Assembly (NCBI GenBank): GCA_030295235.1
Contig: AP026151.1
Span: 434,001 to 498,000, forward strand
Source of the DNA: Fistulifera solaris
Lineage: Eukaryota
Length of the DNA: 64,000 nt
Reading direction: 5' to 3'
Both the position numbers and the translations under genes were made by a program. Positions 47,962-59,076 of this stretch are shown one piece after another. How positions within the stretch are numbered: the stretch's first letter is position 1; the number at the start of each line of letters is the position of its first letter. The notes beneath the pieces were generated by a model, which was not told the DNA's origin, searched no databases, and was given only the letters and a program-made list of their open reading frames with translations.

Positions 47962-48758
47962 ATGTACTTTCCAAACAGACGCATAAATGCAAGCGTGCTG
48001 CTGCTTTGTTGTGTTCTAGGAAATTATTGTACGGCTTTTATACCGGCGGATGTAGCTTCTCGAAGGTCTCTGTCAATAATTCGAGCGTTTCAGGATCCGG
48101 GTGAGGATGAATTTTCCACTTTGATTGATCAGAACCGAAGGAAACTGTGGCTCCAAGGTGTCACTCGCACACTTTCGGTCGGAGTACTCACAGCGGCACT
48201 GTTTTCGTGGACGCGACCAGTTTGGGCGGGAACACGTTCGAGAACGGATGGATATCCCGTGCAGAAATCCGAAGAAGCATGGAAAGAGCAACTCAGTGAG
48301 ATGCAGTACTTCGTCTTGCGACAGGGTGGTACCGAACGGCCGGGATACAGCGTATTGGAAAAGAGAAACGACCGGGTGTTTACAAGTGCGCGGCATGCAG
48401 TACCGAGCTCTTCGCGTCCGGCGATAAATTTGCTTCGGGGACCGGTTGGCCGTCCTTTGCACGGGGATTGATGGGTGTGGAAACGGAGAACGTAGATCCC
48501 ATCACCGCCAAATTATCGGGTGCCGAATTCCGATGCAAAACGTGTGGAGGTCACCTGGGCGACGTATTTCAAGATGGGTTCTTGTTTGTTGGGACGGAAG
48601 CATTCAAAACAGGCAAGCGTTACTGTATCGATGGTGCAGCTTTAGTTTTTGAATCAGAAGATGGTTCATTCTTGCGTGGAGATATCGCAGCAGGGCAAAA
48701 GGAACCAGACTGGTTGAAACCTCCTAAGATTGCCTCGCGTAGTCGCGAGGACCCATGA
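47962..48758 (+). CDS. msrB: Peptide methionine sulfoxide reductase B, plastid-targeted
   Basis: CTA-FIP presequence, QYFVLRQGGTERP, YKCAAC, KFASGTGWPSF, CKTCGGHLGDVFQDG, GKRYCID. Indels at ~48362 and ~48465. Confidence 0.9.
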
Positions 48759-49070
48759 AAACCGGATTTGATCTTGCGTTGCCAAGTTGTTATTAGTTCT
48801 TTGTTTATGATCGCGATATCAAGATGATACATACCAGGTAACTCAATTCTTCGTATTCTTTGAACTGTATTTTTATCAGACAAATCGTGACTGAGATGCG
48901 TGACCGGGGAGTGGGCGTGGGGCGTGGCATTCGGCTAGCTTTAACCTTATAACATTATTATTTTACAAACAGTTTTATTTTTAACGACCACAACAAATAA
49001 AAAACAGACCCAACAGAAGACGAAGGAGTGTATTACTCACTGCATTGCAACAAACTTGTCATCTCACAGC

Positions 49071-50078
49071 ATGTCAATTCCCGTTGTTTCTAGAGACCCT
49101 CGATTCCGGGCAGGCCGAACCTTGCTGCAACGAGGGCAGTGCGAACAAGCGACCAGTATCTTTGCCACACTGCTCGAAGAGTCGCGGACCAAATTCGGAC
49201 AAGATAGTATCGAAACAGCTCCAGCGTATTATGAATACGGAAATGCTTTATTTCGTACGCATCAACAGCAACTACAGTTACAAGAAGAACAACAGGAAGC
49301 CCAAGAAATCAAAGAAGAGAAGCTCAATGCACGAGAAGTGGCCGCGGCAGCAGCCGAACGCCGTTTGAAAGGAGAAACTGCTCCAGATAATGCAAAGGAA
49401 GAAAACGTTCAACCACTAACAATGAAATCAAAGGAATCGTCTGTAGACGATGCACAGTCTGATGACGAAACTGATGCGGAGCTAGCTTTAGAAATGATGG
49501 AGACTGCTTGGTCAATTTTAGACAAATATTCGGAGAACCCTCTTTCCGACGATTACTCCACATGGCTCACAGAGCAGTCTCCTCGAGTTTTAGTTGGTAT
49601 AGGAGACGTCTTGTCATGTCTAGAACGACACGCCGATGCCGCCGATGTGTACCTACGAGCGCTCGCCTTACGTCAGAAAGCGGCGGCGGAGGCGAAAGAT
49701 GCATCCGCGGAATCCATCGAGCTCCTTCGACACCGGAGACTGATAGTTGAAGCGAATATACTCGTTGCCGAAGAGCTGTTAGCATGTCCGGAAGGGGAAG
49801 ATGTAGTGACGACAGAAACGAAAGTGACTCTTGTTAGTGCTAGCCAAAGGGTAGAATATGCGAGAGGCTACTATGAAAATGCTAGAGAAGAGCTGCAAGA
49901 GACGGTATTACTGATGGGCGCGTTAGCAGCGAAAGGTTTCGATGTCAGCGAAGAAAAAGAGGACATCTGTAATGTCTCTGTTATGGTCATGGGGGTCGGG
50001 ATCACTTTCGCACAAATGGACGAACAGAGCAGCACCGCCGCAGTAGAGTCTCCAAAGAAAAAGCCACGAAAGTCGTAA
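49071..50078 (+). CDS. NASP: NASP/Sim3-like SHNi-TPR histone chaperone
   Basis: ETAPAYYEYGNAL, acidic insert, DAELALEMMETAWSIL, GIGDV, C-terminal NLS PKKKPRK. Confidence 0.72.
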   Translation: MSIPVVSRDPRFRAGRTLLQRGQCEQATSIFATLLEESRTKFGQDSIETAPAYYEYGNALFRTHQQQLQLQEEQQEAQEIKEEKLNAREVAAAAAERRLKGETAPDNAKEENVQPLTMKSKESSVDDAQSDDETDAELALEMMETAWSILDKYSENPLSDDYSTWLTEQSPRVLVGIGDVLSCLERHADAADVYLRALALRQKAAAEAKDASAESIELLRHRRLIVEANILVAEELLACPEGEDVVTTETKVTLVSASQRVEYARGYYENAREELQETVLLMGALAAKGFDVSEEKEDICNVSVMVMGVGITFAQMDEQSSTAAVESPKKKPRKS

Positions 50079-50406
50079 CGAGGTTTTGAATATGCAGGTT
50101 ATCTAATCGGGCTTCAAGGAGTCTACCTTAGTACCTGGTATTCTAGTCTCTAGATCATGATAGAACCGTATTTTGCGTTCGAAGTTCAAGCACGTTTTGT
50201 CTAGGTGCCGCTACGAGTGTTTTTCGTTTTACTATCACCGAAGCCGCGATCCGCGAATCGATCCAGCAAAAATCTTGCCCCGCGGCGCTCTCGTCGCGCA
50301 CACTTTTGTGGCGATGACCATGACGCGTTGGCCCCGTCACGCTCATTATTTATGCTAATTCTTTGCTAATAAATTATCTTGTCAAAGTTACTGCAACCGC
50401 TTGTCC

Positions 50407-50830
50407 ATGGTGACTCATTCGGTATGTGACGAATGTTTGAACTATCAAGTTTGAAAAGGGATTCTCTGACTGGCACGATTCATCGCCTTGTGTCTTCTCA
50501 GGCGACAGGTAGCTCGACCCATCACGATTTTTCGAAAAGGAGGAATTTCGTCGTTATTTGGAGAAATCAGGAGTTTTGGATGCTCTGACAAAGGTTCTTG
50601 TAGGATTGTACGAGGGTGCGTATTTCTCTGTTGGAGTCAATTGGCGATCGTTTTTTCGAAATTCTCACCTCGTACGCGCAGAGCCCGAGCGCCCCAAAAA
50701 TGCAATCGGCTATGTGAAGAAATTTCTTGGCGCGCCTACTTCTGTAGATATTGATGGTTTGCGTCGAGAAAACGAAGAGCTCAAGAGACAGTTGGAGACG
50801 GTGCGAAAGCAATCAGGGACGCGAAAGTGA
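50407..50830 (+). CDS. MYCBP: c-Myc-binding protein (MYCBP/AMY-1) homolog
   Basis: Introns 50422-50501 and 50616-50681. KEEFRRYLEKSGVLDALTKVLVGLYEEPERP.NA..Y....LG plus coiled coil. One missing A at ~50536. Confidence 0.88.
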
Positions 50831-51288
50831 TGAATTTGTTTATATAGACTGTTAATAGTCAAACTCGTGGAAGCGTCTTTTTCTAAAACTAATGTGTTTG
50901 ATTGAAAAGAAAAGCGATCATTCTTGGTCATCATCATACTTGGCACAAGCTAGAGGGATACTTTGTTAGTTGTCGGCGCCAATACCATGGTGACGACAAT
51001 TTCGTAAACAAGCCGACCCCTTTGGTTCACTTAGACGATCCCAATGCTTGTTGTTAAGTGACGAGCACGTTCGTGGATTGGAAGTGCTGTCTACTCTTGA
51101 ATCTGGTTGTAGTAGCGTTTAGTCGTTTGGCGGGACTGGGAAACGAGGGATTTTACCGGGACTTAACTAGTCTATTTGTACTTAAACAAGGTACAGCAAA
51201 ACGCATGCCCGCTTCCACTTCCACCCACATTCACAATTTTACGCGACGCGAAAAATAAAGGAGGAAAAATAACACAATCGGAGAACGA

Positions 51289-52477
51289 ATGGTGAATGCT
51301 AACAGTGAACGAATGAAATCATCGATTCAAACGAACAACTCATTTACATTAGTAGCTGTCGCTTTTTCCTCAGCGTTGTGCGCATCCGCATTATCTTACT
51401 GGTTGACAGAAAGGACAAGGTCGAATGAAATTGCGACGCTAAAAGAGAGACGCCAAGAGGAGCGGACGGGACGAATCCGTGCGGAAATCAAGCTTCGTAC
51501 GGCTTTAAAGGAATGTATCAAACAGACTTCAACACTAGATGCTGAAGTAGAGAGTTTACGTGCTCTATCGTCTTCTCCCACGTCCTCTCCCAAATCCGAC
51601 CCCTTGTGCATGCAATTGCAGCGCCATTGGAACAATTGTTTCACCGCATTACCGCGAAGCGAATGGGGACGCCCACGGCAGCCGCAATTAGTACCATCGT
51701 CAGCGGGGCTTCATTGATTTGGACCAAGTTCCGCAGGCAAGTGTGGTGGGAATAACCGACTACAGTCATATCTGGATCATTTTTGAGTTTCATGCCAACA
51801 CGGACTTGAATACTACCAAGCGTACCAAAATTCGACCGTGAGAGGGGGGAGGGATCAAAGTAGGACAACTAGCAACTCGTTCGCCGCATCGCCCGAATCC
51901 GATTGGACTGTCTTTGGTAAAAGTCGAAAAGTGGGACGAAACAAACCGACGATTGTACATCTCGGGCCTAGATCTTGTCCACGGAACACCTGTATTTGAT
52001 ATCAAACCGTGCGTTCGTGGGATATTCCGGGTTATCCTGATCGACCCGATCGCTATTTAAAGGTCCCACAATGGGTTTCGCAAGACGATGAACTTTCAGA
52101 GGTGGAATTTACCGATCACAGCTGCAACAACTACAACGAATGGTTATCGAAGGCCGCCTGGAGCCCTTGTACACTTCGGAGAACGACGGAGTTGAAGGTG
52201 CTCGTCAAACGTTAACCGAAGTACTAGCTCAGGATCCCAGGAGCTCTCACAAAGGGTTAAAAGAAAACGCGAGAGGGACGACCGGAAAAACGGAGAGCGT
52301 GATTCGACCTACAAGCTAGTTTTTGGGAAATGCCAAGTTGAGTTTGTTGTAGAAGAAACGGAAGGAAAAGGGAGCTTTGCTAAGGTTATAGATGTCACTG
52401 CTATTGATTTTCGCCCCGAGAGTTTTGTGGACGGAGTTCCCTTGATGTCCGAGACTTTGGCCGTCAAGGAAAGCTAA
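51289..52477 (+). CDS. trmO: TrmO/TsaA (YaeB) tRNA m6t6A37 methyltransferase with N-terminal TM and coiled coil; multiple indels
   Basis: GTPRQ, YSHIWIIFEFHAN, ATRSPHRPNPIGLS, LYISGLDLVHGTPVFDIKP, VLAQDPRS. Confidence 0.85.
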
Positions 52478-53627
52478 TTTCCTTCAAAGAAACGAACTGG
52501 ATTATGCACCAGAGCACGATACCTTGCACCGTAGAAGTAATTTAGATTTGCAGAACCCCGCCCGTACGGCTTTAAAGGAATGTATCAAACAGACTTCAAC
52601 ACTAGATGCTGAAGTAGAGAGTTTACGTGCTCTATCGTCTTCTCCCACGTCCTCTCCCAAATCCGACCCCTTGTGCATGCAATTGCAGCGCCATTGGAAC
52701 AATTGTTTCACCGCATTACACGAAGCGAATGGGGACGCCCACGGCAGCCGCGAATTAGTACCATCGTCAGCGGGGCTTCATTGATTTGGACCAAGTTCCG
52801 CAGGCAAGTGTGGTGGGAATAACCGACTACAGTCATATCTGGATCATTTTTGAGTTTCATGCCAACACGGACTTGAATACTACCAAGCGTACCAAAATTC
52901 GACCGCCCGAGAGGGGGGAGGGATCAAAGTAGGACAACTAGCAACTCGCTCACCGCGCATCGCCCGAATCCGATTGGACTGTCTTTGGTAAAAGTCGAAA
53001 AGTGGGACGAAACAAACCGACGATTGTACATCTCGGGCCTAGATCTTGTCCACGGAACACCTGTATTTGATATCAAACCGTGCTGCCCGTGGGATATTCC
53101 GGGTTATCCTGATCGACCCGATCGCTATTTAAAGGTCCCACAATGGGTTTCGCAAGACGATGAACTTTCAGAGGTGGAATTTACCGATCACGCGCTGCAA
53201 CAACTACAACGAATGGTTATCGAAGGCCGCCTGGAGCCCTTGTACACTTCGGAGAACGACGGAGTTGAAGGTGCTCGTCAAACGTTAACCGAAGTACTAG
53301 CTCAGGATCCCAGGAGCTCTCACAAAGGGTTAAAAGAAAACGCGAGAGGGACGACCCGGAAAAACGGAGAGCGTGATTCGACCTACAAGCTAGTTTTTGG
53401 GAAATGCCAAGTTGAGTTTGTTGTAGAAGAAACGGAAGGAAAAGGGAGCTTTGCTAAGGTTATAGATGTCACTGCTATTGATTTTCGCCCCGAGAGTTTT
53501 GTGGACGGAGTTCCCTTGATGTCCGAGACTTTGGCCGTCAAGGAAAGCTAATTTCCTTCAAAGAAACGAACTGGATTATGCACCAGAGCACGATACCTTG
53601 CACCGTAGAAGTAATTTAGATTTGCAG

Positions 53628-53633
<6 letters not shown>
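51496..53633. repeat. Tandem direct duplication of about 1.07 kb (51496-52559 and 52563-53633)
   Basis: cgtacggctttaaagg occurs at 51496 and 52563. Both copies end in gatttgcagaacccc. Confidence 0.95.
52563..53551 (+). pseudogene. trmO: 5'-truncated second copy of trmO (or assembly duplicate)
   Basis: Lacks the first ~200 nt of the CDS. The C-terminal 188 aa are intact in one frame. Confidence 0.6.

Positions 53634-53664
<31 letters not shown>
53630..53664 (+). repeat. C35 homopolymer (poly-G on the minus strand, G-quadruplex capable)
   Basis: 35 consecutive C. Confidence 0.9.
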
Positions 53665-53928
53665 AGTTGTGGTTACAAGTTAAGAGAAATAATTGATGAT
53701 GTTAGTGATGATGTCAGTTGCGCATTGCGCGTGATAACGTGATTACGATTAAGGTTAGTGATTATACGCAAAGACCGTGCGTGGTCTGCTTGTCATCCGC
53801 ATTCGCGATGACCTTTTGAACAGAAAAAACGCGAATAAGAAAACGACATTATTGCCGATTATTAGTCTACCCTTGACAATTGTCTTTCTTTAACTGTATA
53901 ACATGGAACCGGAGAAATCAACGAAATC

Positions 53929-55305
53929 ATGTCTTTGACGGAAGTGGAACCATCCGACCAGATACAGCGTCTCTTGTCGCTGCGAGCCGAAGGACGGAGC
54001 AACTCTGTCGACTTTTTCCACCGTGTTTCGAAGAAACGCTCACGACTTGAGAGGCAACTGTATCCTCGACTTCACAATGACGGCATAGTGCTCTCCATGG
54101 AGGTATGTGCGCAGGGTCGATATCTTCTTTCTGGCGATAAAAGAGGAATTATTTCGATACATGATCTTTCGCCATGGGGATCACACAAGCATTTAATTCA
54201 CAAGAAAGGAGTCTCAGATGATTCGTGCAAAACTCATCGTCCTATTCAACAAGCTCAAGCGCCTCGGAGTACTTACATTATATCCACACAATGGTATCCG
54301 GAAGATACGGGGATGTTCTTTTCAGCGGCGCGGAGTGGCGCGTTTCACGTTTGGGACACCAACGAGATGCTGCCTGTTTTGAGTGCGAAACCTTACCAAC
54401 ACGAGGCCGTTGGTGCCAATTTAAGTTGTATGCAATTATCGAAACTCTCGCATTCCATAGCTGTCGGGTCCCCACAGTTGGGCAAGATCAAATTAGTGGA
54501 TTTTCGATCGGGCGCTTCTTCGCATACTTTAACAGGGCACAGCAAAGGCGTTGTGGATGTAGCATGGTCACCGGTTTCGCCTTATATGCTTGCCAGCGGC
54601 GGTCTTGACTCTTGTATCATGCTATGGGATATCCGAAAATCGGGAAGTCTTGCTTGTATTACTGTGTTAGATATTGATCGACGTGACGAAGCTGGTGTAC
54701 GCCGGCCTTTCTTTTTCGACGGAAGGCATCTCCGTCGATCTTCCACAAAAAGAGCAGACCCAAAATCTAAGAAAGTGTTACCTTCACCAAACAATTTTCA
54801 AGCGAACGGAAAACAGCAACTGCTCCCATTATCACATTCGGGCGGCGTCGTTGGTTTGAGTTTTGATCCGTCAGGAAACAACTTGGTTAGCGCTGGAGGG
54901 AACGGAGAGCTCAGCGTGTGGGATTTGAGCGGCACAGGATGTCGGATTCCGCGTCGGTTTGTATCCGTTGGTGGGGGCAGACCGGCAGATCCGTCGTTAA
55001 ATGGCCGTGTGCCTCTTACAATCACGGGGGCCTTGAGCGAGGATATGACGATTTGGACCAGGCATGGGTCAAACCTATGCGGCTATTCTCTGGAAAATGG
55101 TGGTAAGCCAACCACAGTGCTAAAGGGACATTTAGGGTCCATACACACAATTGCTCCAATCGAGGTGACAGGTCAACTCGTTTCATCGGGCACGGATGGA
55201 CTGATCCTTCTTTGGGGTCCATCATCACCATCTTTCAAGAACCCCGAAGTATTTCATCAACGACAATCAAAGCGTCATCTTATTTATGATGTAGATGACT
55301 GGTAG
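53929..55305 (+). CDS. ERCC8: WD40 protein, CSA/ERCC8 (Rad28)-like
   Basis: GRYLLSG, QWYPEDTGMFFS, VWDTN, DFRSGASSHTLTGH, V.WSP...YMLASGG.D..I.LWDIRKSG, C-terminal DDW. Confidence 0.85.
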   Translation: MSLTEVEPSDQIQRLLSLRAEGRSNSVDFFHRVSKKRSRLERQLYPRLHNDGIVLSMEVCAQGRYLLSGDKRGIISIHDLSPWGSHKHLIHKKGVSDDSCKTHRPIQQAQAPRSTYIISTQWYPEDTGMFFSAARSGAFHVWDTNEMLPVLSAKPYQHEAVGANLSCMQLSKLSHSIAVGSPQLGKIKLVDFRSGASSHTLTGHSKGVVDVAWSPVSPYMLASGGLDSCIMLWDIRKSGSLACITVLDIDRRDEAGVRRPFFFDGRHLRRSSTKRADPKSKKVLPSPNNFQANGKQQLLPLSHSGGVVGLSFDPSGNNLVSAGGNGELSVWDLSGTGCRIPRRFVSVGGGRPADPSLNGRVPLTITGALSEDMTIWTRHGSNLCGYSLENGGKPTTVLKGHLGSIHTIAPIEVTGQLVSSGTDGLILLWGPSSPSFKNPEVFHQRQSKRHLIYDVDDW

Positions 55306-55642
55306 CATAATATAGTAGCTAGACTATAGTGATACGTTTGATATTTTAGTTTCTTGAAAACATAGTGACTTATTATGACTCACTCTTGACGACTTGACTC
55401 TTGATTGTGCACGAACCACGAAAGTTGTTATTGTACGTTGTAGATTAGGGCTCTAGCAGCATTATATCGAAGCAGTAGAAATATACGTAGAAAGTGTACT
55501 AGTGCAAAATTAACCCGCTGCGGCCGAAAAGCTGCTGGCATCACGCGGCGGGCCGCCGCGAAAAAAAATGCCCGTGTTTTTCGCTCGCCGGCACAAAAAC
55601 GCAACGGCTCGTCGCAGCAACGACTATAAAAAGTACGTGACC

Positions 55643-57929
55643 ATGGCGATGACTTGGAATCGAAACGCTTTGTTAACTACCCTTCTCCTTTGGGTGCTGC
55701 TACTCGTTCAAAGCACACCGACCAGCAACCATGGCGGTCGAAAGCTGTTCGGTCTTCGGAAACGCCGTGAACGGCGCAAACGAGAAGCCGCCGCTTACAT
55801 CAAACTCCGACAAGCGGGTATTTCCGAAGTCGGACACACGAAAGAAGCAAAGGCTCTTCGCGACTACAAGTTGCGAAAGAAAAAGAGAAAGGGTTTGGGT
55901 GTCCTTCGCAGGGTGACAAAAGCCTCGCGGCTTCCCTTTTCCAGGAGTCACTCCGGAGGCCTACCAGCCGGGAGAGAAAGTATACATGATCACGGAGCTG
56001 ATTCAATCGAAGAAAACCCACGTCCCTTTTCAGTTTTATGATCTTCCCGGATGTGGAGAACCCTCATTTCTCAAGACCTTTGAGCGACAAGCAAAGCGCC
56101 ACCAACGAAAGAATTTGGGTGCCCGTTTGCAAGGCATGGGTCTGAACCCAGCTCCATTTGAAATGAGGGTGCTGGAAAACAAAGGCTGTACCGCTCTTTG
56201 CGAAGTTAATTTGCCGGCAAGACCAATCAAGTGGTTGCGCAAGTTGATCAATCAGCAGTATCGCATTCATCTTTCATTCGACCAACTGCCAGTTTTGATG
56301 AGATCTTCGAAAATGAACTATGCTGTTAGAGGGTACCCAATCGGGTTCAAAGCTCCTCCATCATACACCGGCAGATCACAAGACGAGTTCTTTCTCTACA
56401 ATCATCTCAAGTTTATGATTCATTACCAGAAAGATGCTCAGTCGGGCGGCGTCTTTATCACAGGGTTCGATGTGTATCCGGTATCGTATAAGCATGATAC
56501 TGATGGCGCCACCTGTCCCGGCTCGGGATCCTCCCGCTTTCGCAGAAGACTCGACGAAGGAGATGAAGACGATGATTTTGAAGACGAAAACGAAGAAGTA
56601 GTGATTGAAGACGACGATCAAGACGCAGAAGAATCTACTGAGGAGTACACGGAGGAAGACGGCATCGCCGAAATTGTTAACGATCCGGAGACTTACTTGC
56701 AGTTACGAGTAGGCGCAGAAGGAGAGGCGCTACGAGTCGTCTACTCATATGAAATTCATTGGGAGGAATCTGATCTCTCGTGGGCAGACCGGTGGGACGT
56801 GTATTTGATTGGTAGCGCTGATGATGACATCCATTTCTTTGCCATTATCAACTCTTTGATGATTGTTTTGTTTCTGACCGGCGCAATTGCGACTATTATG
56901 ATCCGTACGCTGAAGAAAGATATTTCCGCATACAATGATGTCCTTCTACTGGAAGATGGATCTGAAGAAACCGGATGGAAGCTCATTCACGGAGATGTAT
57001 TCAGACCGCCTTCGACATCACCTCTTGCATTATCAGTATTGGTTGGAACAGGTTCTCAAATTGGCATGGCATTCTTCATTACGCTCATGGCTGCGTGCTT
57101 AAGACTTGTCAATCCGATCAAGAAGGGACAGTTTCTAACAGCCATATTGATCGTATACGTTCTATGTGGGTCTATTTCTGGCTACGTTAGCGCAAGGATA
57201 TACAAATTCTGCGACGGAAAGAACTGGAAAATGAACACGATGCTTACAGCTGGAGCACTTCCTGGTTCGTTGTTTGGTATTTTTACCGTCCTTAACATGC
57301 TTCTCGGCCTTCGTGGAGCCTCAACGGCTGTTTCTTTCCTGACTCTACTGGGAATATTTGCTCTCTGGGTTTGTGTCTCGTCTCCGCTTGTGTTCGTGGG
57401 TAGCTTTTTTGGGTATCGCGCCGATCGAGTCGAAATCCCATCGAAAGTCAATCAGATAGCCAGAGTTATACCGGACTCGCCATGGTATAGTACACCGCCG
57501 CTTTCGTATTTCCTCGGCGGCATTCTTCCTTTCGGAAGCGTTTGCATTGAACTTTTCTTCATCATGAGTGCGTTGTGGCTGCATCAGATTTACTACGTCA
57601 TGGGGTTCTTACTGACTGTGCTAATCGTGTTGGCGGCAACATGCGCAGAAGTCACCATTGTGATGACTTATTTACAGCTTTGTGCAGAGGATCACCGATG
57701 GTGGTGGAAGTCTTTCGCCAACTGCGCGTCTGCAGGCGTCTATCTATTCGGATACAGTTTCTGGTTTCTCTGGACTCGCTTGGAGCTAGAAGGGTTCCTA
57801 CCGAGACTGGTATATATCTCTTATATGGGCATGATCAGTCTTTGCTTCGGTATCTGCTGCGGCAGTCTTGGTTTCTTGTGTGCCTTTTATTTCAACAAGA
57901 CAATTTATGGGGCCCTGAAGTTTGACTAG
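55643..57929 (+). CDS. TM9SF: Transmembrane 9 superfamily (EMP70/nonaspanin) protein
   Basis: NLGARLQG, LYNHLKF, WADRWDVYL, IHFFAIINS, EETGWKLIHGDVFRPP, GGILPFG, EDHRWWW, C-terminal LKFD. An extra T at ~55938 joins the signal-peptide ORF (..FPGVTPEAY..). Confidence 0.95.
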
Positions 57930-58389
57930 AGGCAATTATTCTGACACTTTCATTAAACATTACATAAGCATTCTTTGAGCGCATACATGGCGTAGGCACG
58001 CCTTGGAAGAGTTTACGTGAGTTCTGTTTGGAGGTCGGACATCTTTAATTCTTTAGGTGCACCAGCATGGAGCGTTTGCTTTCCTACTACGTATTAACGT
58101 AGAATTTCGTCACCCCGTCAACCGCATTTTGATTTTTACGGGACTCACACTCTCTGGCTTGAGTGTAGAAAGGATGATGTGTCATTCCACGCGCTATGGC
58201 CCAAAATGTAAAAAGGAGTGCGTCAGCAATTCGCGAAAGGACCCGCCGATTAAGCGAAATGTCGTTAGCGCTGCGCAAACCGCGGCGGCGCTGTTTGGCT
58301 TTGTTGTTGTGCAGCAAAATGGGAAGGATTCATCAATACCTGATTGATTCAAATCATTTCGTTTTCTGAGTGCTATTTTTGTTTGAAAA

Positions 58390-58824
58390 ATGGCTCTTGA
58401 ACTGTTTACTAAGAAGTTTATGGACGTGGCTGCTAAGGCGTACAAGGGAGCTGTCGCGTCCGAGCTCAACAAAATTGGTAGGTAATCTCCGAGACTGTGT
58501 TTTGTACCGGGCTCGCCTTCTTACGATGTTTACTCTCTTCGTACGTATTCATTTGACAATGAAGGCTTGCGATACGAAGACTTGCTAAATAGTAGTAAGC
58601 CTTCTGTCGAGGAAGCACTGGCTCTTGCGGATCCGGACGTTTTGAATGGCCGCATGCGTCGGTTGAAGCGTGCTTCGGACCTTTGCGTGAAGCAAAAGCG
58701 ATACATCGATTATGCCGAACCATTGCCTTTGGAAGAAGTTTTTAAACTCGAACTTTCTCACGATGTAGACAAGATAGAGGCTCGCGATTTCGAATTTCAA
58801 GCTTTGAATTTGCACAAGAAATAA
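58390..58824 (+). CDS. QCR7: Cytochrome bc1 complex subunit 7
   Basis: Intron 58478-58564. ELNKIGLRYEDLL, VEEAL, R.RRLKRASDL..K. Confidence 0.9.
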
Positions 58825-59076
58825 TCCAACAAAACCTTTACTTCACTTGTGCCGATGATAAAACAATGATGGGGCCTTACGTCTTTCGTTTTATTAATGG
58901 AATAGTTTTTACATTAATCTGTTATTGGATGCGTAGCGTAGATTTGCGGGTTAACGATAACCGACAAATTTAACGCGACAACCTAGTAGAGTGTACTTGT
59001 GAAGAAGATGACGAGAATGATCTATTTTTATCAAGGCGTTAGACCTCTATGTGACGGCTTATCAGGGGATTTCATA

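Noticed and set aside
47962..48758. Selenocysteine MsrB
   Set aside because: The catalytic position is TGT (Cys); the breaks are indels, not an in-frame TGA.
55544..55568. GC hairpin plus A-run as an intrinsic terminator
   Set aside because: Eukaryotic locus, 1-nt loop, located just upstream of a start codon; treated as a promoter-motif candidate instead.
11195..57929. A co-regulated cell-wall gene cluster (silaffin-like, Cys-rich, GT10, FAS1, TM9SF)
   Set aside because: The genes are scattered among unrelated housekeeping genes over 47 kb, with no sequence evidence of linkage.
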